Assembly (NCBI GenBank): GCA_048571215.1
Contig: CP182352.1
Coordinates: 1,760,001-1,824,000 of the forward strand
DNA length: 64,000 nucleotides
Reading direction: 5' to 3'
Origin: Halarcobacter sp.
Lineage (GTDB): Bacteria; Campylobacterota; Campylobacteria; Campylobacterales; Arcobacteraceae
The position numbers and the translations under genes are program-made. Position 1 is the stretch's first letter, and each line of letters begins with the position of its first letter. Under the pieces are notes generated by a model. It saw only the letters and a program-made list of their open reading frames with translations, made no database searches and was not told the origin of the DNA. Shown here in pieces: positions 21,022 through 30,654 of this stretch.

Positions 21022-22146
21022 TTATAATAGATTTCCATATTTATAGTAGGCACTACATGCCCCTTCACTTGATACCATACACGATCCTAATGGGCTACTT
21101 GGTTTACATGCTGTTCCAAATACACTACAATCATTTGGTTTGGCTACACCTCTCATGATTTGACCACAGATACATAACTTATGATCGTCAATTTTTTCAT
21201 TTGGTAAGATATCTTTATATATAACTTCGGCATCTAAAGAGGCGTATTCATCTCTTAGTCTAAAGGCTGAATTTGGAATATCCCCTATTCCTCTCCACCT
21301 AAAGCTATCTAATCTTGTGAAAAATTTATCATTTAATTTTTGTGCTGCTAGATTTCCATCATAAGAAACTGCTCTTGAGTACTCCACTTCTAAATCACAT
21401 CTGCTTTCATTAAACTGTTTTACTATCATATATATTGATTGCATCACATCAACTGGTTCAAAACCACTTACCACAACTGGTTTTTTATAATCTTTTACAA
21501 ACTCATCATATATCTTACTTCCACTTATCACACTTACATGTGATGGTCCTATAAAAGCATCTATTTTACAATCACTGCTATCAAGAAGGGCTTTCATAGG
21601 TTCTGGTACTGTGATATGATTTATATGAAAAAGGATATTTTTTATATTTGCTTTTTCAACTTGTTGCAAGAGTGCTGATGTCATTGGAGTTGTTGTTTCA
21701 AAACCTATGGCAAAAAATATTATCTTTTTATTTGGATTTTCAAGAGCTATTTTTAGAGTATCTAAAGGGGAATATACAAACCTTACATCAGCTCCTTTAC
21801 TTCTAGCATCTTGTAAACTTCCACGACTACCTGGAACTTTTACCATATCTCCTAAAGTTACTAAGATAACATCTTCTTGTAAACTTAAAATATAAGCATG
21901 GTCTATTCTCTCTTTTGGCATAACACAAACAGGACAGCCAGGTCCATGAATAAACTCTACATTTTCAGGCATTAGTTGATTTAGACCATATTTCATAATA
22001 GTATGGGTATGTCCACCACACACTTCCATAATATGAATTTTTTTATCTAGTTTTTTAGCCTCTTCATCAACCAATTGTTTTAAAGCTTTTATGGTTTTTG
22101 GATCTCTAAAACCATCATACAAATCTTTTAATTTTAATTCACTCAT
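21022..22146 (-). CDS. hypD: Hydrogenase maturation protein HypD
   Basis: MEVCGGHTH, GPGCPVC, GFETT, CMVSSEGAC. Confidence 0.95.
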   Translation of the reverse strand: MSELKLKDLYDGFRDPKTIKALKQLVDEEAKKLDKKIHIMEVCGGHTHTIMKYGLNQLMPENVEFIHGPGCPVCVMPKERIDHAYILSLQEDVILVTLGDMVKVPGSRGSLQDARSKGADVRFVYSPLDTLKIALENPNKKIIFFAIGFETTTPMTSALLQQVEKANIKNILFHINHITVPEPMKALLDSSDCKIDAFIGPSHVSVISGSKIYDEFVKDYKKPVVVSGFEPVDVMQSIYMIVKQFNESRCDLEVEYSRAVSYDGNLAAQKLNDKFFTRLDSFRWRGIGDIPNSAFRLRDEYASLDAEVIYKDILPNEKIDDHKLCICGQIMRGVAKPNDCSVFGTACKPSSPLGSCMVSSEGACSAYYKYGNLL

Positions 22147-22151
22147 AAATT

Positions 22152-22436
22152 TTAGGCTCTACTAGGACAATTATCTGATTCTTCTATGGCAGCTTGCCTA
22201 TCTTGTTCTTCCATTTTGTCTATTATTTCACGATAAACTTCAAGACTAGCTAGGGCATCCTCTTCGTCTATTTTGTTCATTGCAAAACCAATATGAATAA
22301 GAACATAATCACCCACTACAACGGGTTGATCTATTAAATCCAAAGAGGCACTTCTTTCTACACCCATAGTATCTACAGTACAAACATTATTTTCTTCATC
22401 TATATGGGTTACTTTTGAAGGGATTGATAAACACAT
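22152..22436 (-). CDS. hypC: Hydrogenase chaperone HypC
   Basis: MCLSIP, GDYVLIHIGFA. Confidence 0.95.
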   Translation of the reverse strand: MCLSIPSKVTHIDEENNVCTVDTMGVERSASLDLIDQPVVVGDYVLIHIGFAMNKIDEEDALASLEVYREIIDKMEEQDRQAAIEESDNCPSRA

Positions 22437-22559
22437 ATTTTTTCCTTAAAATGTCCCATTTTGATGGGACCAATAAATTTAATAACTTCTTTTAACAGGG
22501 AAAATAAATTTCGCTTAAAGAAGCAAATCCTAAAGAGCGTAACAAGTTACGCTTAATGC

Positions 22560-23348
22560 TTATCGCATTTTTCTTTTAAAATTAATCCAATCTACAACTG
22601 CTTGTAAACTTTTTTCATCTTTTGTTGATACTTCTAAGATATCTACATTAGGTTTTAATTTTCTAGCTTGGGCTTTCTCTTTTTCCATATCGTATTCAAA
22701 ATATGGCAACAAATCTGTTTTTGTAAAAAGAATTAAATCAGCAGTTCTAAACATAACTGGATATTTCTCTACTTTATCTTCCCCTTCAGGAATAGATACT
22801 AAAACTATATTTAGGTGAGTTCCCACATCATAAGAAGCAGGACAAACTAAATTTCCAACATTTTCCACAAAACATACATCTAAATCATCAAGGGGCATAT
22901 CGTGTAAACCCTTATGAACCATAAAGGCATCTAAATGGCAAGCTGAACCAGTTTGTATTTGAACTGCTTTTATCCCTTTTGTTATTAACCTATCTGCATC
23001 TCTGTTTGTTTCTAAATCCCCTTCTACAACCCCATATTTAAAATCAGCAAGTTCTGCCATATGTTCTAAAAGTGTTGTTTTTCCACTTCCTGGACTACTC
23101 ATTAGATTGATACCCAATACCTTGTGATTATCAAAATGAGCTCTATTGTGAGCTGCTTCATGATCATTTTTATCTAGTATCTTTTTTATAACTGAGATTG
23201 TTTTACTATCGTTTAGCTGTGGGTTATGGTGTAAAGTCTCATGGGCTGCTTGATGTGATTTGCTATCATGAGAGTGTGAGTGTTCATGATCATGGTCATG
23301 GTCATGATGGTGGTGGTCTGTTATACTACATCCGCAATCTTGGCACAT
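22560..23348 (-). CDS. hypB: Hydrogenase nickel GTPase HypB
   Basis: MCQDCGC, His-rich tract, SSPGSGKTT, ACHLDA, ENVGNLVCP. Confidence 0.95.
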   Translation of the reverse strand: MCQDCGCSITDHHHHDHDHDHEHSHSHDSKSHQAAHETLHHNPQLNDSKTISVIKKILDKNDHEAAHNRAHFDNHKVLGINLMSSPGSGKTTLLEHMAELADFKYGVVEGDLETNRDADRLITKGIKAVQIQTGSACHLDAFMVHKGLHDMPLDDLDVCFVENVGNLVCPASYDVGTHLNIVLVSIPEGEDKVEKYPVMFRTADLILFTKTDLLPYFEYDMEKEKAQARKLKPNVDILEVSTKDEKSLQAVVDWINFKRKMR

Positions 23349-23584
23349 ATAATTATCCTTTTATTTTTCCCTTAGGGAGTTATTTTTATTTATCTTTTTT
23401 AAACTCTTATAACCTGAATATATGTTCAGTTTCATGCAGTTTATTGTAATGAAACTGAATATAATCTAATACTTGCTATCACTTATGCATTTTTTGAACC
23501 ATTAAAATATAATTTGTCCTTTCAATATAACTTGTTTTAACAACTTTTTAAATAAAATACAAGAAAAAATTATCAAGGAAACAA

Positions 23585-24700
23585 ATGTCAGGTATATTAG
23601 GATATTTATCAATATTAGCAGATGATATTAGTACCTTAGCAGGTAAAACAATTGTAACAGCTTCAAAATCCCTTGCAACTTCCCTTGATGATATTGGAAT
23701 TTTATTTGATGATATAGTTACTTACACAAAACTTGCAAGTGCAAAATCTTCTGCTCTTTTGGTAGATGATCTTGCTGCCATTTCTAGTTTTACAAATGAA
23801 ACAACCTCTGATATATTAAAAAAAGAGTTAGCAAAAGCCGGTTCAATTGAAGAGTTGAAACAAAATATTAAAAATCTTGATAAAAAATCCCAAAAAGAGA
23901 TATTGGATGAATTAACAAAAATTAAAAACACTCTACTTAAAGAAGCTCAAAAAAATGCAGCAGCAAGAGAGCTTCCTATTGTATATAAGATTGCAAAAGG
24001 GAGTTTTAAAAACAAAATTATAATTATCCCTATAGTATTAATACTAAGTGCCATAGCTCCTTGGCTAATCTCTCCTGCTCTAATCTTAGGAGGTACCTAT
24101 TTAGCCTACGAGGGGGTAGAAGTTATTTTAGAAAAGTTTTTTCCCCATCAAGCCCATGAAGAGAATAATCATACTAAAAAAAATATTAGCAATGAAGAGT
24201 TTGAAAAACAAAAGGTTAAAAGTGCTGTTAAAACAGACTTTATTTTATCTTTTGAAATTATAGTAATAGCCTATAGTCTCCTAACCCAATCTGATTTCTT
24301 AGTAAAAATAGTAGTACTTATTTTAATAGGTATCATAACAACTATAGGTGTTTATGGAATAGTTGCTTTGATTATAAAACTTGATGATATTGGCTTTTAT
24401 CTACAAGAGAAAACTTCAAGTTTATTACAAGCTATTGGAGTAGGTCTTGTAAATGCTATGCCTGTTGTTATAAAGGTTATCTCTATTATTGGTACTATTG
24501 CTATGTTAGCAGTTGGAGGTGGAATTGTTGCCCATGAAACCCATGCCTTACATTTTTTAGATAATACAATTGAAAACTTAGGTGCTTTTTCATGGTTTAG
24601 CTCTTTTATTTTAGAGATTATATTTGGTCTTATTGTTGGTTTTTTTGCAGTTAAACTACTACAAATAGCAAATCCTATTTTTAAAAAATATAAAAGATAG
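23585..24700 (+). CDS. DUF808/YedI-family membrane protein
   Basis: RELPIVYKIAKGSFKNK, AVKTDFILSFEI, VYGIVALIIKLDDIG, GTIAMLAVGGGI. Confidence 0.85.
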   Translation: MSGILGYLSILADDISTLAGKTIVTASKSLATSLDDIGILFDDIVTYTKLASAKSSALLVDDLAAISSFTNETTSDILKKELAKAGSIEELKQNIKNLDKKSQKEILDELTKIKNTLLKEAQKNAAARELPIVYKIAKGSFKNKIIIIPIVLILSAIAPWLISPALILGGTYLAYEGVEVILEKFFPHQAHEENNHTKKNISNEEFEKQKVKSAVKTDFILSFEIIVIAYSLLTQSDFLVKIVVLILIGIITTIGVYGIVALIIKLDDIGFYLQEKTSSLLQAIGVGLVNAMPVVIKVISIIGTIAMLAVGGGIVAHETHALHFLDNTIENLGAFSWFSSFILEIIFGLIVGFFAVKLLQIANPIFKKYKR

Positions 24701-24711
24701 TATAAAATCTT

Positions 24712-25365
24712 ATGAAAATAATTAGTTGTCCCTTTTGCAAACATAAAAGACTCTACTCTTTACAAGATGATTATAAAAAATGTGCCTCTTGTAAGCGAAA
24801 ATTTTCTTTAAAGAAACTCAATACTGATATAAAAATTATCCAATTTTTTTGTAATAGTATTAATGCTAACAGATGTGCTAAACTTTTAAAGGTAAACTAT
24901 AGAACTGTACAAAATAGATATATGCTTTTTAGAAAGCTTATAGCCGTATATTTAGAAGAACAATACCAAAGTTCAATAAAAGACAATAGCTCATATGAAG
25001 AGTTTTACTATTTTACTTCCAGACAAAAAAAAGATAGAAAAAAATCTTTATATGATGCTATAAATATAATAGGTTTTTATTCAAATAAAAAAATCTACAC
25101 ACTTTTAATGCCAAGACTTCCCAAATACAATACATTTGAAGATAATAAGACTTTTGAAAACTATCTAAGATGGCATAGAATCTATTCTCAAAATTCATAT
25201 ACAACACCCCTATATGTTTTTTGGAAATACCTAGAAGAGAACTTAAAAAAATATAAAGGTATAGATGAAGAAAACTTTTTTTACTATTTAAAAGAGTGTG
25301 AATTTAAGTTTAACTATCTTCAAAATAAACAAATCGAAATTTTAAAAGAGATTTATTTTAAATAA
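24712..25365 (+). CDS. IS1595-family transposase-derived protein, apparently catalytically degenerate
   Basis: N-terminal CPFC...CASC zinc ribbon, HTH, C-terminal YLKECEFKFN; no DE.Y motif or N.IE.FW motif; no terminal inverted repeats seen. Confidence 0.6.
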   Translation: MKIISCPFCKHKRLYSLQDDYKKCASCKRKFSLKKLNTDIKIIQFFCNSINANRCAKLLKVNYRTVQNRYMLFRKLIAVYLEEQYQSSIKDNSSYEEFYYFTSRQKKDRKKSLYDAINIIGFYSNKKIYTLLMPRLPKYNTFEDNKTFENYLRWHRIYSQNSYTTPLYVFWKYLEENLKKYKGIDEENFFYYLKECEFKFNYLQNKQIEILKEIYFK

Positions 25366-25500
25366 TTTGTTTTATATAAATAGGAGATTCATTTTTTTTA
25401 ACTACTTTTTTTTATCTTCTAAAAAATAAAAAGATGAAACTATAAAAATACTAAAAACTAGAAAAAAAAGAGAATGTATTTTTTATACTCTTCATAATAA

Positions 25501-26253
25501 TCAAGCATACATAGATTCTTTTTTTATGTCATTATAATGTTTTAAAATAATATTATATCCATCTAGTCTTTCTTGATGTTGGTCTATAACTTTTGGGTGA
25601 GTTTTAGGATTTGCTAATGCTTCTTTATGCATTGAGATAACATCACCTAAAAATTTATTAAAATCTATATTCATATTATCATAATCCCATTTCCACATAT
25701 TTTCTGTTTCAGCTTCAACATAAAAAGATGGCATTAATTCATATCCAAAGTGAGCCTGCGCCACGTTCATTTTTACTTGACCTAAAACTGTCATTCTATA
25801 AATATCATCATCTAACTCTCTTGCTGTTCTGTATAAGGCTTCATTAAAGGTTTTATCATTTGTTGTTCGTGTAGCAAGTAACATATCGCCAATTTGATTT
25901 GTTTTATATACAATAGGTGTATTATTAATCTGTTCTTTAGTAAAATCACCTTGTGGATAAGCAATATACTCAAACTTTTCTGCTTGCTCATAAGTTAAGC
26001 TATCCATCTCAGCCATTGTAATTTGATCATCTTTTAGTATTTCCCTAAACAGTTTTCTATCTTCAGGTGATAAAGAATCAAAATAGTTAAACTGATCCAT
26101 ATATTTTATATATAGCCCTACCTCTTCTTTCTCTTCTGTTTTTTCTGAACTTGTTAGCATTGAAGAGAAAGAGTTTTCTTCTGTCTTTTCTGTTTTTGTT
26201 ATATTATTTGTTTGAGTATAGTAGTTTGTATATGTATTATTTGATACTTGCAT
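25501..26253 (-). CDS. Hypothetical protein, paralogue of 44753-45430
   Basis: 250-aa ORF with RBS; shares LTYEQA/LSYEEA and NDKTFNEAL/NDDDFNKTL motifs with the cassette-borne ORF. Confidence 0.7.
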   Translation of the reverse strand: MQVSNNTYTNYYTQTNNITKTEKTEENSFSSMLTSSEKTEEKEEVGLYIKYMDQFNYFDSLSPEDRKLFREILKDDQITMAEMDSLTYEQAEKFEYIAYPQGDFTKEQINNTPIVYKTNQIGDMLLATRTTNDKTFNEALYRTARELDDDIYRMTVLGQVKMNVAQAHFGYELMPSFYVEAETENMWKWDYDNMNIDFNKFLGDVISMHKEALANPKTHPKVIDQHQERLDGYNIILKHYNDIKKESMYA

Positions 26254-26462
26254 AATAACTCCTTTATTATAATTCTACTCCTTTTTAGTTAATAAAAAAT
26301 AAATATAATTATATTTTAATATAGAATTATATATTTTATTATTTAAAAAACCAAAACTGACTTTATATATGAAATCGACTACACATAAACTCTACATTAA
26401 TAAATTATAATTATAAAGCTATTATAATTTTAACTCATTATAATATCGAAAAATTTATAAGG

Positions 26463-26768
26463 ATGTTTATGTTGAGTAGTGCCATTAAAAGATTTAGAAT
26501 GATTTCTGCAATAGAGGGTATATCTTTTTTACTTTTAGTTTTTATTGCCATGCCAATAAAATATATAGGAGAAAACCCTTATCCTGTTAAAATATTTGGA
26601 ATGGTCCATGGGGTTTTATTTATAATATTTATGATTTCATTATTTGAAGCTAAAAAAAGAACTAACTTTGATACCGGTTTTATGTTTCAGCTTTTTGTTT
26701 TATCACTAATCCCATTTGGGGCAATTTTTATAGAAAAAAAGGTTAAACCCTTAGATAATAAAATTTAA
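26463..26768 (+). CDS. DUF3817-family membrane protein
   Basis: FRMISAIEGISFLLLVFIAMPIKY, GMVHGVLF, SLIPFG. Confidence 0.85.
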   Translation: MFMLSSAIKRFRMISAIEGISFLLLVFIAMPIKYIGENPYPVKIFGMVHGVLFIIFMISLFEAKKRTNFDTGFMFQLFVLSLIPFGAIFIEKKVKPLDNKI

Positions 26769-28987
26769 ACTTGTGAGTATATCTGTCCTACAGATATACC
26801 TGCATCATTTAGAGGGATTTTTTTAGAGTAATAAACTTTTATAAAATTGTCATTTAGTTTTTTAGTAACCAACTGTAAAAGTGTTTTATTTTGAAAAACT
26901 CCACCTGTCAATACTACAGGCAATCCCCTGTAATTTGTACTAATATCAAAAATGATATCAACTAACATATTTATAAACTTTGTACAGATTTTCTTATCAT
27001 CATTATCTTTAACTATCTGTTTTATACAAGGACTTATATCGATTTTATCTTCAAGTAATTCATAAGTATAACTATCTTTGATAACATCATCATAAAACAT
27101 CTCTATTTTAAGCCCTGTTTCACCCTCATAGCTTTGTTCATGTGCAATATTGGCAAAAGATGCTATTGCATCAAAAACTCTTCCTATAGAGCTTGTAAGT
27201 GGAGAGTTTAAATCATTTTCCCACATCTTATGATATAAACCTATTTCACTATATGAAAACTTTTTTAAAAGTGGCAAATCTAATAATCTTATCTCAGCTA
27301 AACTATAGTTATCAAATAGCAATGACAAGGCCACTCTTTTGGGTTCTTTTATACTCTTTTCACCACCTAAAAGTTTAAAATAATTTATATGATTTATCCT
27401 TTTATACTCTTTTTTACTTGCTAATAAAACCTCTCCACCCCAAATCTTTCCATCTTCACCAAAACCTGTACCATCAAAACTAAAGGCTAATACTTTTTCA
27501 TCTAAATTATATTCACACATAGTTGATAAAACATGAGCATGATGGTGTTGTATTTGTACCACTTCACAGTTTTGTTTCATAGCCCATTTTGTACTCTCAT
27601 AATTTTTATGTTTATCACAAACTATTAAATCTGGTTCAAAATCGTAAAATCTTTTAAAGGTTTCAATTGTTCTTTCAAAATATTCCATAGAGCTTATTGA
27701 ATCCAAATCTGCAATATGGGGTGAAACTATTAAAGTATCATCAAAAGCTAATGAAATAGTAGATTTTTGATTTGCACCTAAGGCTAATATCTTTTTATTT
27801 AATTTTTTAGCAAGTTTAAATGAACTTGGGGCAAAACCCCTTGCATTTCTTAAGATTTGTAGTTCATCATTTACAACTTGTACTACAGAATCATCACAAG
27901 CATTGATTATGTCCCTATTAAAATCCAAAACATAATCTACAACCTTATCAAGCTTTATCAAAATCTCATCTTTAAATCTAATAATTGGTTCCCCACTTAG
28001 ATTTGCACTTGTTGCAACTATTGGATTACTTAAATACTTGAAAAGGAGCAAATGTAAAGGAGTATAAGCTATAAAACAACCTACCCTATCAATATTTGGG
28101 GCAACAAAACTGCTTAAACCCATAGAGTTTGATTTTACTACTGTGATTGGTTTCTCTTTTGAGTTTATTATCTCCTCTTCTTTTGGAGTAATTGTAAGAT
28201 ATTTTTTTATTTGCTTAAGAGATTTGAACATAACAGCCAAAGGTTTTGTTGGTCTATTTTTTCTTTGTCTTAGCTGTTCAACAGCTAAATCATTGGTTGC
28301 ATCACAAACAATATGAAAACCTCCCAAACCTTTTATAGCTACTATACTACCTTCGTTGATAAGTTTTGCGAGGTCTTTTAAGGCTTCATTATCTTTTGAT
28401 ATTTTTATGCCATTTTTATCTAAAAGTTGTATTGTAGGTCCACACTCTCTACAAGAGAGTGGTTGAGCATGGTATCTTCTATTTGATGGGTCTTTATACT
28501 CTTTTTTACAACTTCTACAAAGGGTAAAATTATCCATAGAGGTATTTACCCTATCATAAGGAACTGTTTTTATAATAGAATATCTAGGACCACAGTTTGT
28601 ACAATTGGTAAAAGGATACTCAAATCTTGGATTATTTACATCACTTATATCATCAATACAATCTTCACATATGGCGATATCAGGAGATATAATTGTAGTT
28701 TTATTTGAGTTTGATTTACTTTTTACTATCTCAAAAGTATTGAACCCTTCAATATCCCTTTCTAAACAGTTTATCTCAAATATTTTTGATAAAGGTGGAG
28801 CAAGTTGCGTTATATCATCTATAAAAGACTCAATAGCTAACTCATCACCTTCTATGCAGATATTTACACCCGTATCAGAGTTATTTACCCAACCATTTAA
28901 AGAGTATTTTGTTGCTAAGTTATAAATAAAAGGACGAAAACCAACCCCTTGAACTACACCTTTTATCTCTATTGCAAGTGATTTCAT
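26765..28987 (-). CDS. hypF: Carbamoyltransferase HypF
   Basis: GVVQGVGFRPF, CTNCGPR zinc fingers, KGLGGFH, QHHHAH, DGTGFG..G..WGGE. Confidence 0.95.
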   Translation of the reverse strand: MKSLAIEIKGVVQGVGFRPFIYNLATKYSLNGWVNNSDTGVNICIEGDELAIESFIDDITQLAPPLSKIFEINCLERDIEGFNTFEIVKSKSNSNKTTIISPDIAICEDCIDDISDVNNPRFEYPFTNCTNCGPRYSIIKTVPYDRVNTSMDNFTLCRSCKKEYKDPSNRRYHAQPLSCRECGPTIQLLDKNGIKISKDNEALKDLAKLINEGSIVAIKGLGGFHIVCDATNDLAVEQLRQRKNRPTKPLAVMFKSLKQIKKYLTITPKEEEIINSKEKPITVVKSNSMGLSSFVAPNIDRVGCFIAYTPLHLLLFKYLSNPIVATSANLSGEPIIRFKDEILIKLDKVVDYVLDFNRDIINACDDSVVQVVNDELQILRNARGFAPSSFKLAKKLNKKILALGANQKSTISLAFDDTLIVSPHIADLDSISSMEYFERTIETFKRFYDFEPDLIVCDKHKNYESTKWAMKQNCEVVQIQHHHAHVLSTMCEYNLDEKVLAFSFDGTGFGEDGKIWGGEVLLASKKEYKRINHINYFKLLGGEKSIKEPKRVALSLLFDNYSLAEIRLLDLPLLKKFSYSEIGLYHKMWENDLNSPLTSSIGRVFDAIASFANIAHEQSYEGETGLKIEMFYDDVIKDSYTYELLEDKIDISPCIKQIVKDNDDKKICTKFINMLVDIIFDISTNYRGLPVVLTGGVFQNKTLLQLVTKKLNDNFIKVYYSKKIPLNDAGISVGQIYSQV

Positions 28988-29176
28988 AAATTATCCAATA
29001 TATAAGTTTATTTATAATTGTATTGGAAAATCCTTATTGTAAAATTATTTAGACTATCTTATATAAACAAATAAGATAATCAAACATAAATAGGTTCTTT
29101 TTTTATATTATTATAATGTTTTAAAACTCTCACTCTATATAAAATAAAAAGGATTATATATCATATAAATTCAAAA

Positions 29177-29351
29177 ATATTACATCACAAGTTGTACCGC
29201 GAATATCACAACTAATAAAAGGGGGGAGTAAAATTAGCTGTTTGGTAATCTTGTATTTTGATCAAACAAAAAGGGAGTGGGGCACTTGTGATTAGCAAGT
29301 ATAATAAATATACAAAGCTTGGTATTCACGGCACAACTTCTAATGTAATAT
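29177..29351. ncRNA. Candidate ~175-nt structured RNA (long closing stem, internal hairpins with G-rich or C-rich loops)
   Basis: Arms 29177-29206 and 29322-29351 form a ~30-bp imperfect inverted repeat; most mismatches are wobble-compatible; no ORF. Confidence 0.5.
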
Positions 29352-29414
29352 CTTTAATAAAGATTGAAATTTTAACTTTTATATAAATAAACTCCTTTTT
29401 TCTTAATAGTTTTT

Positions 29415-29978
29415 CTAAATTGTAAAATCATTTACTATAGACCTTTTAAAAGAGATTTTTGATATATCTTCTATACTTATAGTCTCATTTTTTATTTTTA
29501 ATTCTACATCCAACTTTTGTAACTCATTGACAAGGGTTTTTTCCATTGTTTTTACAGCTTGAATAATCTCAAAACTCAATTCAAATGCTGTATCATCAGC
29601 AACTCTTTTTGGAATTACACCTAATACATGTGTACTAGGTAAATCACCATTCATCTTTATCATATTTAGAGTTTGAAGCATCTCTACTTCGTGGGCACTA
29701 CCTTGCCAATCTATTTCACTAGGAGCTTTTAAATAATCAAAAAAATAAACATCTCCAGCTTTTGAATTTAAAGCATCGATACAATCAATAACAAAAACCT
29801 TATCAAATCTAACAATCAAAGGGATAAGTCTTTGGGCCAAAGTACCCCCATCAACTATACAAACTCTATTATCTTTTGAATTATATTTATATTTTTCATC
29901 CATATAGTGAACAAAATGTGCTCCTATCCCCTCATCTTGAAATAAGATATTTCCAATACCTAAGATTAATATATCCAT
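29415..29978 (-). CDS. hydD: Hydrogenase maturation protease (HyaD/HybD family)
   Basis: ILGIGNILFQDEGIG, VDGGTL, SAHEVEM. Confidence 0.9.
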   Translation of the reverse strand: MDILILGIGNILFQDEGIGAHFVHYMDEKYKYNSKDNRVCIVDGGTLAQRLIPLIVRFDKVFVIDCIDALNSKAGDVYFFDYLKAPSEIDWQGSAHEVEMLQTLNMIKMNGDLPSTHVLGVIPKRVADDTAFELSFEIIQAVKTMEKTLVNELQKLDVELKIKNETISIEDISKISFKRSIVNDFTI

Positions 29979-29979
29979 A

Positions 29980-30645
29980 TTATTTCTTATTTACCCATCT
30001 ATAACCACTAAATATAGAATCCATAGCACCAGCTTTTCCATATATAGAGTTAAATACAGCAAGATAGATATGAATAGGTATAAATAAAATAAACACCCAC
30101 ATAAAAATATGATGTATATTTCTAACCATTGCTAAACCACCAAATAAAACCTCAATTGGTTTTACCATATCAAATAAAAATCCTCCTATCCCTTCATGAT
30201 ATACATGAACATATAATATAATACCCGTTAGTGATATCATAAATATACTAATATAAATCCCCACATATGCCATAAACTGCAAAGGGTTATAAACCCCTTT
30301 TCCATGTGGATGTTTCGATATCAACAAATAATAACCTATTTGTTTAATCCAAATTTTTGGATTTATAAAGTCCCAAAAAGATTCCCTTTCAACTTTACTT
30401 TGTTTATCAAAAACAAAAAGATAAAACTTTCCAATAGTTACAGCAATAAGCAAGAAACCAAATATTATATGCCAAGATCTAGATAAAGCATTTAGAAAAT
30501 TAACAGGTTCCCCACCACTATGTGATGGTGAAATAAAAGGAAAAGCCAAATAAAATCCAGTTGCTGTTAAAATCAAAATTGTTAATGCCCTAAGCCAATG
30601 GGTTATCCTAACCCAAGATGAAAACTCATAATGTTTTTTAATCAT
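29980..30645 (-). CDS. hydC: [NiFe]-hydrogenase cytochrome b subunit
   Basis: RITHW, YNPLQ, RNIHH, HIYLA. Confidence 0.92.
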   Translation of the reverse strand: MIKKHYEFSSWVRITHWLRALTILILTATGFYLAFPFISPSHSGGEPVNFLNALSRSWHIIFGFLLIAVTIGKFYLFVFDKQSKVERESFWDFINPKIWIKQIGYYLLISKHPHGKGVYNPLQFMAYVGIYISIFMISLTGIILYVHVYHEGIGGFLFDMVKPIEVLFGGLAMVRNIHHIFMWVFILFIPIHIYLAVFNSIYGKAGAMDSIFSGYRWVNKK

Positions 30646-30654
30646 AAGTGCAAC

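Noticed and set aside
24700..25500. Active IS1595 insertion sequence
   Set aside because: No terminal inverted repeats or target duplication found and the catalytic motifs look degenerate
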